Below, one piece after another: positions 8,955 through 18,741 of a DNA stretch of 64,000 nt (position 1 is its first letter; each line of letters begins with the position of its first letter). Origin of the DNA: Deltaproteobacteria bacterium (lineage in GTDB: Bacteria > Desulfobacterota_D > UBA1144 > Nemesobacterales > CSP1-2). Below the pieces are notes generated by a model, which saw nothing but the letters and a program-made list of their open reading frames with translations, ran no database searches and was not told where the DNA came from. The DNA lies in NCBI GenBank assembly GCA_016187835.1, contig JACPIY010000028.1:33455-97454 (forward strand). The letters run 5' to 3'. The position numbers and the translations under genes were made by a program.

Positions 8955-9790
8955 TCATGGTGTCAATCCTTTAGGCACGCCGTTGGGAAAGTTCTCTTGA
9001 ATTGCCAGTTGAATTCGCTCAATGCGATTCTCTGGGTTGGGATGAGTGCTGAAAAATTCCGGCTGGCGCGTGCCTCCGGAGGCTTCCTCAAGAATCCTCA
9101 TCATTCCGACAAGAGCGCGTGGATCATAGCCAGCATCAGCCATGAAGCGTACGCCCAAAGTGTCTGATTGCAATTCGTCTTCGCGACCATACTTCATGTG
9201 GGATCATTTGGGTCATAAGTTGACATGACCAATGCTCCGGTAAGTCCCTGAGTCAGCTCTTGTTTGGCTATGCGCTGCGCGCTATGTCTTGCAACAACGT
9301 GCCCGATCTCGTGTCCCAAGACCCCCGCCAACTGTCCTTCGGTTTCGAGACGTTTGAAAAGTCCGGCTGTAATAAAAACCGGTCCCCCAGGCAGGGCAAA
9401 TCCATTCACTGTTTGCTCGTCAGCCAGCAAATGAAACTCAAAAGGGTAATTGGTTTGTGCGGCAGCACTGTTGGCAACCAGTTTTTTGCCTACGGCATCA
9501 ACGATTGCTTGGGCTCGTTGATCGGGATGTTCTCCGCCATATTCTGCTGTCATTTGTGGTGCAGCTTGGAGGCCTAGTGCGATTTCCTGCTCCTCGGTGG
9601 TGTTGATGTACTGTTTTTCACCTGTGATGGGGTTGTAGACGCTGGACATGAAATACGAAAAAAGTGCAAAAAGAGCCATGACCAGCCCAATGAGCAGGCG
9701 CGCTTTGCCAGAGCCACCCCTTGGACGGGTAGATGATGGGAAGGCGCGTTGGCTTAAAATCTCTCTTGTTGAAGGTCTTTGTCTGCTCAT
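8955..9790 (-). pseudogene. M48-family Zn metallopeptidase, split by a 1-bp frameshift near 9195
   Basis: HExxH motif GHEIGHVVARH in ORF 9194-9790. The downstream ORF 8955-9197 carries EDELQSDTLGVRFMADAGYDPRAL. The junction acatgaag looks like a deletion from acaatgaag. Confidence 0.6.
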
Positions 9791-9872
9791 GGTTCCTCCT
9801 TTTCATTTTGGGGGCGGTTGCCGCTTGGCAAATGTAAGGGATTTAGTTTACGTTTCGTATTTTACACATTGA

Positions 9873-10364
9873 TTATTCCTCGACAGGGACAAATTCTTCA
9901 ACTTCCAACCCCTCATAGTTGCCCCCAGCGAGTGCGCCAAAAATAATATGGCTTAGTGCCATGATCCAGCTTCGCATCGGAAAGAACCAAGGAAAGATCA
10001 AGGTGAAGGTGTAAAAGTTAATCAAATATAGGGCAAGCCCAAACAAAGCCCCGCCGAGAATCCCGACAAGTAGTCCCCAACGGTGGAATATAATAGCTAG
10101 TAAACAGGGGAAGCCTATGGAAAGAGGAATGTGAACGATAAGTGAAACGATAAAGATTGAGATATCAAACGTGGCAGGCGGAGGCAAAACGGTTTTGCCC
10201 ATCACTATAGAAGCAATTATACGAACTATAATCCAGGGACTGCCGAGATATATGGCAGTCAAAATCATGTTAATCACAAGGAAGATAATGCCGCTAATCA
10301 CACCAGCCCACACCGCCGCGCTCCAGTCAACAACTTGTCTCATTTTAGCTGCTGCTTGGCTCAT
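9873..10364 (-). CDS. Polytopic membrane protein, function unknown
   Basis: Four to five hydrophobic helices. Confidence 0.45.
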   Translation of the reverse strand: MSQAAAKMRQVVDWSAAVWAGVISGIIFLVINMILTAIYLGSPWIIVRIIASIVMGKTVLPPPATFDISIFIVSLIVHIPLSIGFPCLLAIIFHRWGLLVGILGGALFGLALYLINFYTFTLIFPWFFPMRSWIMALSHIIFGALAGGNYEGLEVEEFVPVEE

Positions 10365-10847
10365 GCGGACCTACTATGTGGTTTCACCAATTCTCAATTT
10401 TCGTAAACTGAAAGAGATAAAAGTGGTGAATGTCTTCGTTCATTTGTTGATTATGTGGAATTTGTCTTTTTTCGGAGGATCTAAATAAAATGTCTTATTA
10501 AGTCAAGGGCATAGGGGAAAATTCTGGAACTGGAACGACATCCCTACGGTCAATTTTTGAGGGTACCTTATTAAATCTTTCCTTATTCCCATGATTGTTC
10601 TGCCCTTCAAGAAATGCCTATATTTTGTCTACAAAAGCTTACTTTATAAGCAGTAAAGCATGGTAAAGATACCTAGAAAAGACAAAGACTGCTCCGAGGG
10701 GTTGCTTGTTTCCAAGGAGGTGTGTCGGAGCAGTCTTTGGATAAGCCTACTCATTTAGTTTGTTTGGCAATACTCGTGCCACTTGTGATTCATGTGATAT
10801 ATTAAATAAATAAATAAATAAAAAAATTCTCAGATAGTGAAGAACAA

Positions 10848-12296
10848 ATGGAGATTAAAATCAATGAAAAACTTTTAGGCGGAAAACTAAAAGAGCTGCA
10901 AAAAGCCAGATCATGGAGACCAAATGTAATCTCTAAGTTTGAGGACTTGATTCGCTCCGGTGATGACTATTCACTTTTCAGGGTAAATCCTTTGAAATTC
11001 GGAAGTGAAAATGGTATCTCAGAGCAGGAAGCAATAGACCTTTTTCTTTATGCGACGATGGTTGGGCTTTTCGAGATGAACTGGCAGCTCTTATGTCCTG
11101 GATGCGGAGATGTGGTTGAAAGCTTTAACACGCTCAGGAATTTGGATTCCCAATACCATTGCAACCTGTGTCAGAAGGATTTTGAAGCTGCACTTGATGA
11201 TTATATCGAGGTTAGCTTTACCATTGATCCCAGGATCAGGGAGATAGCTTTTCATAATCCTCAGTCCCTTTCTATAGAGGATTATTTCTTTAAGTATGTA
11301 TTTAGCCATGGCGCCGTTTATCCTGATGGGACGAAAATTGTTGACGTTGTACAAAAGTTGGTAAAAATCCTCACTTATCTTGAGCCTGGGGAAAAGAAGG
11401 AGTTTGAAGTTGAAATCCCTACAGGTTTTTTGGTGGGTTATGATTGTATAAACCATGCAGAGTTTCTTTTTAATGTGACAGGAGAACCGAAACCTGGAAT
11501 TCAGCGGTTTTCTTCTAAATTTGTTGAAGGAAAATATTCGCCCGCTAAGGATGAACTCTCTCCCGGAAGATATGTTTTCGGTTTTGAAAATCACACAAAC
11601 GAGAGAGGAGCCCTTTTATTAATCCACGAACCCACCGATTATTCAACACCGGGACGGCTCCACTATGAGCCGTTTCTCACAGGAAAGAAGGTTCTAACCA
11701 CACAAACCTTTCGCGACCTTTTTCGCTCAGAGATTATTCAGGGAACCGAAGGGATCGGAGTCAAAGACATTACAATTCTTTTTACCGACCTGAAGGAATC
11801 TACGGCGCTCTATGATGGTATAGGAGATCTCAAGGCTTTCGCACTTGTCAGGCAGCACTTTGATATCTTGGGGAAGGTTGTAAATATGCACTCCGGTGCT
11901 ATCGTGAAAACCATCGGAGATGCTATTATGGCTACTTTCTTGAATCCCTTTGATGCGGTAAATGTGGCTCTTGGAATGCTCCATAAAATGGAGCGCTTTA
12001 ATCAAGGATTCTCGGGTAAGGATATCAAATTAAAAATCGGGATCCACAAAGGTTCTTCTGTTGCAGTAACCTTGAATGACCGTCCCGATTATTTTGGTCA
12101 AACCGTAAATATTTCTTCAAGGGTTCAAAAACTAGCTGATGCGGATGAAATCAACATCAGTCATGATGTTTATGCCTATCCCGGAGTTCAGGAACTTTTA
12201 AAGGATTTTGAAGTTGTTCTCGGAAAAGCTAATCTAAAAGGGGTTCAAGGAGAGATTCAGATTTATAAAATTAAAAAAACTGCGGTTGTACCTTAG
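10848..12296 (+). CDS. Class III adenylate/guanylate cyclase with an N-terminal domain recalled as DUF5939-type
   Basis: C-terminal cyclase motifs ITILFTDLKESTALYD...KTIGDAIMATF. The roughly 290-aa N-terminal domain contains a CPGCG...CNLC pair. Confidence 0.8.
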   Translation: MEIKINEKLLGGKLKELQKARSWRPNVISKFEDLIRSGDDYSLFRVNPLKFGSENGISEQEAIDLFLYATMVGLFEMNWQLLCPGCGDVVESFNTLRNLDSQYHCNLCQKDFEAALDDYIEVSFTIDPRIREIAFHNPQSLSIEDYFFKYVFSHGAVYPDGTKIVDVVQKLVKILTYLEPGEKKEFEVEIPTGFLVGYDCINHAEFLFNVTGEPKPGIQRFSSKFVEGKYSPAKDELSPGRYVFGFENHTNERGALLLIHEPTDYSTPGRLHYEPFLTGKKVLTTQTFRDLFRSEIIQGTEGIGVKDITILFTDLKESTALYDGIGDLKAFALVRQHFDILGKVVNMHSGAIVKTIGDAIMATFLNPFDAVNVALGMLHKMERFNQGFSGKDIKLKIGIHKGSSVAVTLNDRPDYFGQTVNISSRVQKLADADEINISHDVYAYPGVQELLKDFEVVLGKANLKGVQGEIQIYKIKKTAVVP

Positions 12297-12317
12297 CTTT
12301 ATGGCATTATGATTCTT

Positions 12318-13406
12318 TCACCTTTTTACTGCCCATCTTACCATTCCGGATACGATTATTATACCAACAATCCATAGCCAGTAACTCTTTATGAAGTTTA
12401 TTGTCGAGTAAGCAGGGTTGAATTTTACTTTTACAGCCTTTACATATAAAGGATAATTTTTTGATTCAGTGCCGAAATCAGGACTATCTATCCTCACTGT
12501 GGCAGAGAGTAAAAGCGACTGAATTCCGGTCTTTAAAGGAATAACGTCCCAACCCCAATCTGTAAACTCTTGTTGAGCTGTTGTTTGTTCCTCCTGACTT
12601 AATGGCGTGATATAAAAGTTATTACCGGTTAAGTCGATTTTCATAGGTTCCACTAAGTTGATTTTATCTATTTGGGGCATTCTTTTTTTCTTGAGTGAGG
12701 TGTATAAGTCTTCTATCAGCGTCTTAGAAATCCTCACACCTACTCTTTGGCTTAGGCCGGCTTTCATTTCACGGGAGGGATTGAAAATGATCTGTTTTGG
12801 AGCGAGTTTCTTTAGCTCATCTTCGAGGGCTTTAGATAAATCTTCTGAGGTCAATAAAGCTTGTGGCGTTGACCGCCGAGGCTCATCTGTGGTTGCAGAT
12901 AGGGATTCGGGTGACTTCGGAGTTAGAGCTGGTTCCAGAATAAGGTGGGATCTTCTATTTAACTGAAAAGCTTCTTCAGTGCTTTCTGAAGAGAATTTTA
13001 TGGTTGCCCCCTTCGCTACTGTCTTTATTCTTTTCGGATCAATTCCGAGCTTGACTAAATATGCTTTTGTGGCGTCTGCCCTTGTTTGTCCGAGTCTCAT
13101 GTTGTATGTTTCCACGCCCCTTGTATCCGAGTATCCCTCTATTAACACAGTTGTATTGTGGTTTTTCTTTAAGGTTTCTGCGTTTTCTCTAAGAACGGAC
13201 TCTGCATCGGATCTGATGTTATTCTTAGTAAAATCAAAAAATATGTCCTTAAGCTGTAATTCTTCTTCCACAATTGGAGGAGGTATTGGTGGAGACCCCT
13301 CTTGAGCGATTACAGGGGTGTTCATAGCTATAATGAGGAAGTGTAGTGACACTGATAATTTAATTAAAGCCCCCGAAATCCTAAACGGAGTAAAAGTTTT
13401 TCTCAT
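12318..13406 (-). CDS. OmpA/MotB-domain protein with unusual topology: signal peptide, N-terminal OmpA-like domain, long linker and a C-terminal TM anchor
   Basis: FDFTKNNIRSDAESVLRENAETLKKN...VLIEGYSDTRGVETYNMRLGQTRADATKAYLVKLGI is an OmpA_C-like peptidoglycan-binding domain. The C-terminal YWLWIVGIIIVSGMV is a TM helix. Confidence 0.65.
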   Translation of the reverse strand: MRKTFTPFRISGALIKLSVSLHFLIIAMNTPVIAQEGSPPIPPPIVEEELQLKDIFFDFTKNNIRSDAESVLRENAETLKKNHNTTVLIEGYSDTRGVETYNMRLGQTRADATKAYLVKLGIDPKRIKTVAKGATIKFSSESTEEAFQLNRRSHLILEPALTPKSPESLSATTDEPRRSTPQALLTSEDLSKALEDELKKLAPKQIIFNPSREMKAGLSQRVGVRISKTLIEDLYTSLKKKRMPQIDKINLVEPMKIDLTGNNFYITPLSQEEQTTAQQEFTDWGWDVIPLKTGIQSLLLSATVRIDSPDFGTESKNYPLYVKAVKVKFNPAYSTINFIKSYWLWIVGIIIVSGMVRWAVKR

Positions 13407-13638
13407 CTACTATCTCTCAATTTTAATAATGCTATCTAGGGACTTATAGCTTGAAAGGTTGTTGTATATACGAAAAGGTTTTCTATCCATCTATCCCCCG
13501 TCCTTGTTGCACTATGGAAGATTTTAACAAATTAGCTAAATAAAAAGCAAGGTGGGTTAGATTAATCGTTACTGTTGGTTTATTAAAATCAAATCCATGT
13601 AGGGTATAGTTTACTTTCATCATTAAGCTTAAAAAACT

Positions 13639-14487
13639 ATGAAAATCTCGACTATTCTAGCTCTTTCTGTTTTTCTTCTTTTATCGTCAAAAACAGCTTG
13701 GTCTAAAGAAATAGTTTTTAAGAATCATGGTAGATTGGTTAAGGTTTTAACTCTCGAGCAGATTGAGAAGTTTCTTCCGGCTACGATTGTTACTGTATCA
13801 GAGCCGCATGAATCGGAGAACCGAAGGTACAAGGGGTTTCCGGCAAACGCGCTTTTTACTGCGGTATATGGGGAGGACTGGAATAAAGCCGAAGAGATAT
13901 TATTCGCCTGCGCGGATGGCTATCAGCCATCCCTACCTTCCGCAAGATTTGAGAAATATCCCAGTTACCTTGTCTACTTCAGCCCCGACAAAAGGGAGTT
14001 TGTTCTTCGCAACAAGCTGCAAAATAATGAGCTTGTAGAACTCGGCCCTTTTTATCTAATCTGGGATAACCTTAAAAACCCTGAGCTTCAAGCCGAAGGT
14101 GGGTCAGGCTGGCCCTATCAGGTCACGACTATTGATTTAATTAGTTTTTCAGACCGTTTTCCCAATATGGCTCCTCCTGAGAAGAGTTCTGAAGAGGTAA
14201 AGAACGGTTTCCTCTTTTTTCGAACTTACTGCATGAGTTGTCACACAATTAACGGGGAGGGGGGAGGAAAATCAGTGGAACTCAATTATCCGGTGAGTGT
14301 AACCGAGTACATTAATGAACCCTGGCTCGTAAGATGGATAGATACCCCGACAAGCATTAGATACAACACAACCATGCCAAGATTAAATCCAAATGCCAAA
14401 GACCGAGAGACGATTATAAAAAATATTATCGCCTACTTAAAGGCGATGAAGAACAATAAGCGTGAGCCTATGACTGGAAAGGATTAA
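13639..14487 (+). CDS. Secreted protein with a C-terminal c-type cytochrome motif
   Basis: Signal peptide MKISTILALSVFLLLSSKTAWS. The CMSCH heme-binding motif (CxxCH) lies near the C-terminus. Confidence 0.55.
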   Translation: MKISTILALSVFLLLSSKTAWSKEIVFKNHGRLVKVLTLEQIEKFLPATIVTVSEPHESENRRYKGFPANALFTAVYGEDWNKAEEILFACADGYQPSLPSARFEKYPSYLVYFSPDKREFVLRNKLQNNELVELGPFYLIWDNLKNPELQAEGGSGWPYQVTTIDLISFSDRFPNMAPPEKSSEEVKNGFLFFRTYCMSCHTINGEGGGKSVELNYPVSVTEYINEPWLVRWIDTPTSIRYNTTMPRLNPNAKDRETIIKNIIAYLKAMKNNKREPMTGKD

Positions 14488-14490
14488 ACC

Positions 14491-15336
14491 TCATCTATCT
14501 GGTATCAGAGCAATTATACGAAGAGGGCCGCCGCTTCCTCCTTTGATTTTCATTGGCATGGCAAATACTATTGCTCCTTTTGTCGGTAACTTATCTAGGT
14601 TAGCTACGTTTTCAAATGCCGGAACGTTTTTCTCGAAGAGAATTCTGTGACTTTCAAATAGTTCCGATTGTCCGTAATCGATACTTGGCGTGTCAAGTCC
14701 GATAGCGCTGATTTTACGATTTTCAACCAACCACCTGGCCGCCTCGGGATGCAAGCCAGGGAAATGGAGTTCCTTTACCGCATCGGGTCCGAGCCTGTCA
14801 GTTCCCATATATTTCGTGCGGTCAGGCCAGTACTGTCCGTAGCCGGTATATAGGAGCACAATAGCATTTTGGGGTATTTTCCCGTTTGCAGATTCCCATG
14901 CGGTGAAATCTTCGACGCTAATCTGATAATCCCGGTCTGCTATGGCTTTTTTGGAGACATCAACTACAACTCCCGCTCCAATGAGTTGTTCCAGAGGAAT
15001 CTGGTCAAGGGTGTTACGACCGTCTGCAAAATGAACGGGCGAGTCTATATGGGTTCCTCCATGTTCTGCAGCGCAAAATTGATAAGCCGAATAAAAAAAC
15101 CCCTTATCTGTAGTGCCTCTAAAGACCATGTCTAACCGGAAAGGTTGGGAAGTTGGCCAGTATATGGTTTCGGAAGAAAAATCGTGAGTAAGGTCAATCC
15201 AGCGACCTGATGGAAAGGAATCGGTCTTTGTACAACCGCAGGTTGTTAGCAGAATCAACACCAAAATAAAGGCTAATTTGTTCCCCATCATCCTATACCT
15301 CCATGATCTTGATATTGCCCATGAATTATATTCCAA
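14491..15336 (-). CDS. Putative cyclase family protein (kynurenine-formamidase-like metal hydrolase), lipoprotein
   Basis: The EHGGTHIDSPVHF HxGTHxDxPxH motif. Lipobox LLTTCGC. The start is probably the internal MMGNKLAF at about 15291. Confidence 0.7.
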   Translation of the reverse strand: MEYNSWAISRSWRYRMMGNKLAFILVLILLTTCGCTKTDSFPSGRWIDLTHDFSSETIYWPTSQPFRLDMVFRGTTDKGFFYSAYQFCAAEHGGTHIDSPVHFADGRNTLDQIPLEQLIGAGVVVDVSKKAIADRDYQISVEDFTAWESANGKIPQNAIVLLYTGYGQYWPDRTKYMGTDRLGPDAVKELHFPGLHPEAARWLVENRKISAIGLDTPSIDYGQSELFESHRILFEKNVPAFENVANLDKLPTKGAIVFAMPMKIKGGSGGPLRIIALIPDR

Positions 15337-15546
15337 TATTGATTCGATAAAAATAAGGCGATTTTTTGACCAATTGCAAGTCTTATGTTTTTTTCTCTAC
15401 GAGCATTTAAGGTTGGTTTTATATATGAAATTAAGGTCAGTCCACCAGTCTTGCTGGTAGGGGCTACAACGAGGAAGCTGGCTTGAGCTTGATGAGGAAC
15501 TAGCTACGTGGTTGTCATGCACGAATGTATTAATTGGGCATCCATT

Positions 15547-15572
15547 TAGAGACGCCATTAATGGCGTCTCTA
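15547..15572. promoter_or_regulatory. 26-bp perfect palindrome tagagacgccattaatggcgtctcta
   Basis: Checked base by base. It has the same outer half-sites (TAGAGAC-N12-GTCTCTA) as the palindrome at 37435-37464. Confidence 0.5.
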
Positions 15573-15749
15573 CCATATTAGATTCCCACTAAGTACTTGC
15601 AAGTGACAGATTTATATATTCGCTAGAGCGTATTTATGTGTAACATCGGTTGAGAATGCCACTAAGTTTATACACTACAGACAAACTGATGTCGTGCTGG
15701 GTCTTTGATGTGGACTGAGTTTAAGTGTCTGTAGTACGATCCGACTTCT

Positions 15750-16064
15750 TTATGCCGAGTGTCTGCATTCGGGAAGAATGTGGCTACGTTCGACATCCTC
15801 AAGAGTGTCTGAGCTAGTGGGCTGTGAACCGGCATTCAGTCCCAAAACAGACTCGTCAATCTGAAGTTCTGAGCCATGAGAAATCACTACTGCCCTTTCA
15901 ATTACATTCTGTAGCTCTCTTATGTTTCCAGGCCAAGAATAGTTAGTAAGCCGATCCATAGTATCCTTTGGAACAACTCTAACTTGTTTCCCAAACTTTT
16001 TCGTGAATTTGACAAAACAGCTTAGGGCGTTAAAACCTGAGTGGGCAAATTGTAACGTGAGAGA
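15750..16064 (-). pseudogene. Remnant of a sigma-54-dependent (NtrC/EBP-type) transcriptional activator, consisting only of the C-terminal end of the AAA+ domain and a degraded HTH
   Basis: ...FVKFTKKFGKQVRVVPKDTMDRLTNYSWPGNIRELQNVIERAVV matches the EBP C-terminal consensus (YxWPGNVRELxNxIERA). An upstream in-frame TAG leaves no room for the receiver and ATPase N-terminus. Confidence 0.55.
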
Positions 16065-16359
16065 AAGCTAATAATATCATTTTAAGAAAAAGATTCCGGC
16101 TTTTAAAAGTTATGTAAAACCAAGGAGAGTGGGGCAGTTCGCGAACCGCCCTACAACAAAATTTAGGATCCATTCAATGAACTTGTATAACCCTTGTTTT
16201 TCAGAAACTTAGTTTTATAATTTTACGAAAGGGCGATGATTGATTAATATATTAATAAGAACGATTGCATTAGAGGAGTGACAAGAATTCGTATTATTAT
16301 TTAATATAAGTTTACGAATTCGACCGCATCTGGTACAGAGCTAATGGAGGGATGAAGTA

Positions 16360-16518
16360 ATGCCTAAGAAGGGGCGAAGAAAAATAAAAGATTTGGTTGA
16401 CATGCTTGAAGATCCGGATAACTCGGGTTATATCGGTGGCGATTACGAAGACCTAATGGAACAAATTGAAAGAGAATTGGCCGAACAAGAGGAAGATCAA
16501 GAAATAAAAGAAGAATAG
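16360..16518 (+). CDS. Small acidic protein (52 aa), hypothetical
   Basis: ATG with ggaggg 8 nt upstream. It reads MPKKGRRKIKDLVDMLEDPDNSGYIGGDYEDLMEQIERELAEQEEDQEIKEE. It overlaps the 3' end of mnmG convergently by 22 nt. Confidence 0.3.
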   Translation: MPKKGRRKIKDLVDMLEDPDNSGYIGGDYEDLMEQIERELAEQEEDQEIKEE

Positions 16519-18407
16519 CTTTCTTTACTTTGAAGTTCCTTCCGTTTTAGGTAAACCATGAGAACAGAAATTGCAGCGGGTGTAATCCCCGATATTCGGC
16601 TTGCCTGTCCGAGAGAATTTGGACGAATTCGTGAAAGTTTTTGGACGATTTCTCTTGAGAGACCAGGGATGCTTTCATATGAAAAACTTTCGGGTATTTT
16701 TATGTTTTCAATCTGCTTAAATTTATCTACCTGCTCCATCTGTTTTTGAATATAACCTTCGTACTTAACTTCCATTTCAACTTGTGAGAAAATATCGCTG
16801 CCGATAAAAGCTCTAGAAGGCGGATCAATGAAACTGAGTTCATTATATGAAATCTCAGGACGTCTTAAAATTTCTTTAAGTGTCTGTGGTTTCTTAAGCT
16901 GTGAAGAACCAAGTTGCAGAAGGATTTCATTAAACTTGGAGTTCGGAAGAATCTTTGTGTTTTCCAGTCTGTCAAGTTCTTCTCGAATCCTTCTTTTCTT
17001 GTCTAGAAAACTCTCAAAATCACCTTCCTTGACTAGACCAATTTTATAACCCTTTTCTCTGAGTCGTAGGTCAGCATTATCTTCTCTGAGAATTAGACGA
17101 TACTCAGCACGCGAGGTAAACATCCTGTACGGCTCATCCACTCCTTTTGTTACAAGGTCGTCAATCAGTATCCCAATATAAGCCTCGGCACGGTCAAATA
17201 TAAGAGGTTCCTCTCCTTTTACGAGAAGCGCTGCGTTTATTCCAGCGATAAGCCCCTGGGACGCTGCTTCCTCGTAACCTGTCGTGCCGTTTATCTGCCC
17301 TGCAAAAAAGAGATTCTCGATGATCTTTGTTTCCAGCGTTGGTTTTAGTTGAGTAGGATCCGAAAAATCGTATTCAACTGCGTATCCCGGTCTCATAATT
17401 TCAACCTGTTCGAGACCTCTAATCGTCCTTATAAATTCATATTGAACTTCAAGCGGAAGGCTTGTTGAAATCCCGTTTGGATAAATCTCATAGGTGGCGA
17501 CTCCTTCAGGTTCAAGGAATATCTGATGCCTTTCCTTGTCAGGAAACTTTACAACCTTATCCTCGATTGAAGGACAGTATCTTGGACCGATGCCTTTAAT
17601 CACTCCCGAATAAAGCGGCGATTTATGCAGGTTGTCTCTAATTACCTGATGACTCTTTTCATTTGTATACGTTATGTAACACGGTAGCTGTTCTCTTTCG
17701 ATTCTGTCGTTTGAGAATGAAAACGGTTTAGGATCGGAATCTCCGGGTTGGACCTCGAGTATTTCCCAGTTGACTGTTCTTCCGTCGAGTCTTGGTGGAG
17801 TTCCGGTTTTGAGCCTTCCGATTTTAAAACCAAGGCTCTCGAATGAATCGGAAATCCCAACGGCAGGCGCTTCGCCTGCACGTCCTGCAGAAATCTGTGT
17901 TAGCCCTATGTGCATGAGTCCATTTGGAAACGTGCCCGGAGTAACCACTACGGCATCGGCGAAGAAATGCTCCCCAAGATTGGTTTTTACTCCAACTACT
18001 TTTCCCCCTTCAACCAGAAAACCCTCCACCATTCTCTGCTTTATATCAATGTTTTTCTCTGCCTCAAGGACTTTTCTCATGTAGATTTTGTAGGCTTGTC
18101 TGTCTGCCTGAATTCTCGTTGCTTGAACAGCGGCTCCTTTCCTTGTGTTTAGTCTTCTGAATTGAATCGCGGTTGCATCAGCGGCTTTTCCCATCTCTCC
18201 GCCAAGAGCGTCTATCTCCTTTACGAGATGTCCTTTCCCAACCCCGCCAATAGAGGGATTACAGGACATAAGCCCTATAGTATCAATGTTTGCAGTTAGT
18301 AGAAGGGTCTTACATCCCATCCTCGCCGGTGCAAGCGCGGCTTCACACCCTGCGTGTCCTGCGCCGATTACGATTACCTGATGTTTCTTTGTGTATGTAA
18401 TAGCCAT
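16497..18407 (-). CDS. mnmG: tRNA uridine-5-carboxymethylaminomethyl modification enzyme MnmG (GidA)
   Basis: MAITYTKKHQVIVIGAGHAGCEAA... is full-length MnmG (636 aa). Confidence 0.92.
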   Translation of the reverse strand: MAITYTKKHQVIVIGAGHAGCEAALAPARMGCKTLLLTANIDTIGLMSCNPSIGGVGKGHLVKEIDALGGEMGKAADATAIQFRRLNTRKGAAVQATRIQADRQAYKIYMRKVLEAEKNIDIKQRMVEGFLVEGGKVVGVKTNLGEHFFADAVVVTPGTFPNGLMHIGLTQISAGRAGEAPAVGISDSFESLGFKIGRLKTGTPPRLDGRTVNWEILEVQPGDSDPKPFSFSNDRIEREQLPCYITYTNEKSHQVIRDNLHKSPLYSGVIKGIGPRYCPSIEDKVVKFPDKERHQIFLEPEGVATYEIYPNGISTSLPLEVQYEFIRTIRGLEQVEIMRPGYAVEYDFSDPTQLKPTLETKIIENLFFAGQINGTTGYEEAASQGLIAGINAALLVKGEEPLIFDRAEAYIGILIDDLVTKGVDEPYRMFTSRAEYRLILREDNADLRLREKGYKIGLVKEGDFESFLDKKRRIREELDRLENTKILPNSKFNEILLQLGSSQLKKPQTLKEILRRPEISYNELSFIDPPSRAFIGSDIFSQVEMEVKYEGYIQKQMEQVDKFKQIENIKIPESFSYESIPGLSREIVQKLSRIRPNSLGQASRISGITPAAISVLMVYLKRKELQSKESYSSFIS

Positions 18408-18506
18408 AGTTTTAGCTGCCTTCCTTCAAATGAATTTAGAAAATTCTAAATACACAATGAGGAATCGTCAAATGTTTGCCTTTCTTGCTTTGTAAGTGAG
18501 TGTTAT

Positions 18507-18628
18507 CTGGGAAATGATGTGGCTAAATGTAGAGCGAATATTTTAGTGAAGGCTTATCTTCACTGAAAATGATAGAACTAATTTTGTAGGAGTTAAAATT
18601 TACTTGAGTACTGCTTTACTAGCTTGGA
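18507..18628. repeat. Left copy of a roughly 125-bp direct repeat that flanks the GC-rich segment 18629-21439
   Basis: About 75% identical to 21440-21570 (gggaaatga.g.ggctaa..gt.gagc.aata.ttt ... cttgga). Confidence 0.5.
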
Positions 18629-18670
18629 AAAAAACAGTTGACAAGTATGAATGATTTTGATATAAGTTGC

Positions 18671-18706
18671 CCTAAAGAACTAGTACTAAAGTACTAGTTC
18701 TTTAGG
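18671..18706. promoter_or_regulatory. Perfect inverted repeat cctaaagaactagtact-aa-agtactagttctttagg (17-2-17), 35 nt upstream of the 18742 gene, in the mnmG divergent region
   Basis: Verified by reverse complement. It is a candidate operator. Confidence 0.5.
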
Positions 18707-18741
18707 ATTAATTTTTACAGGAAAGGGAATGAGGTTCTCCA

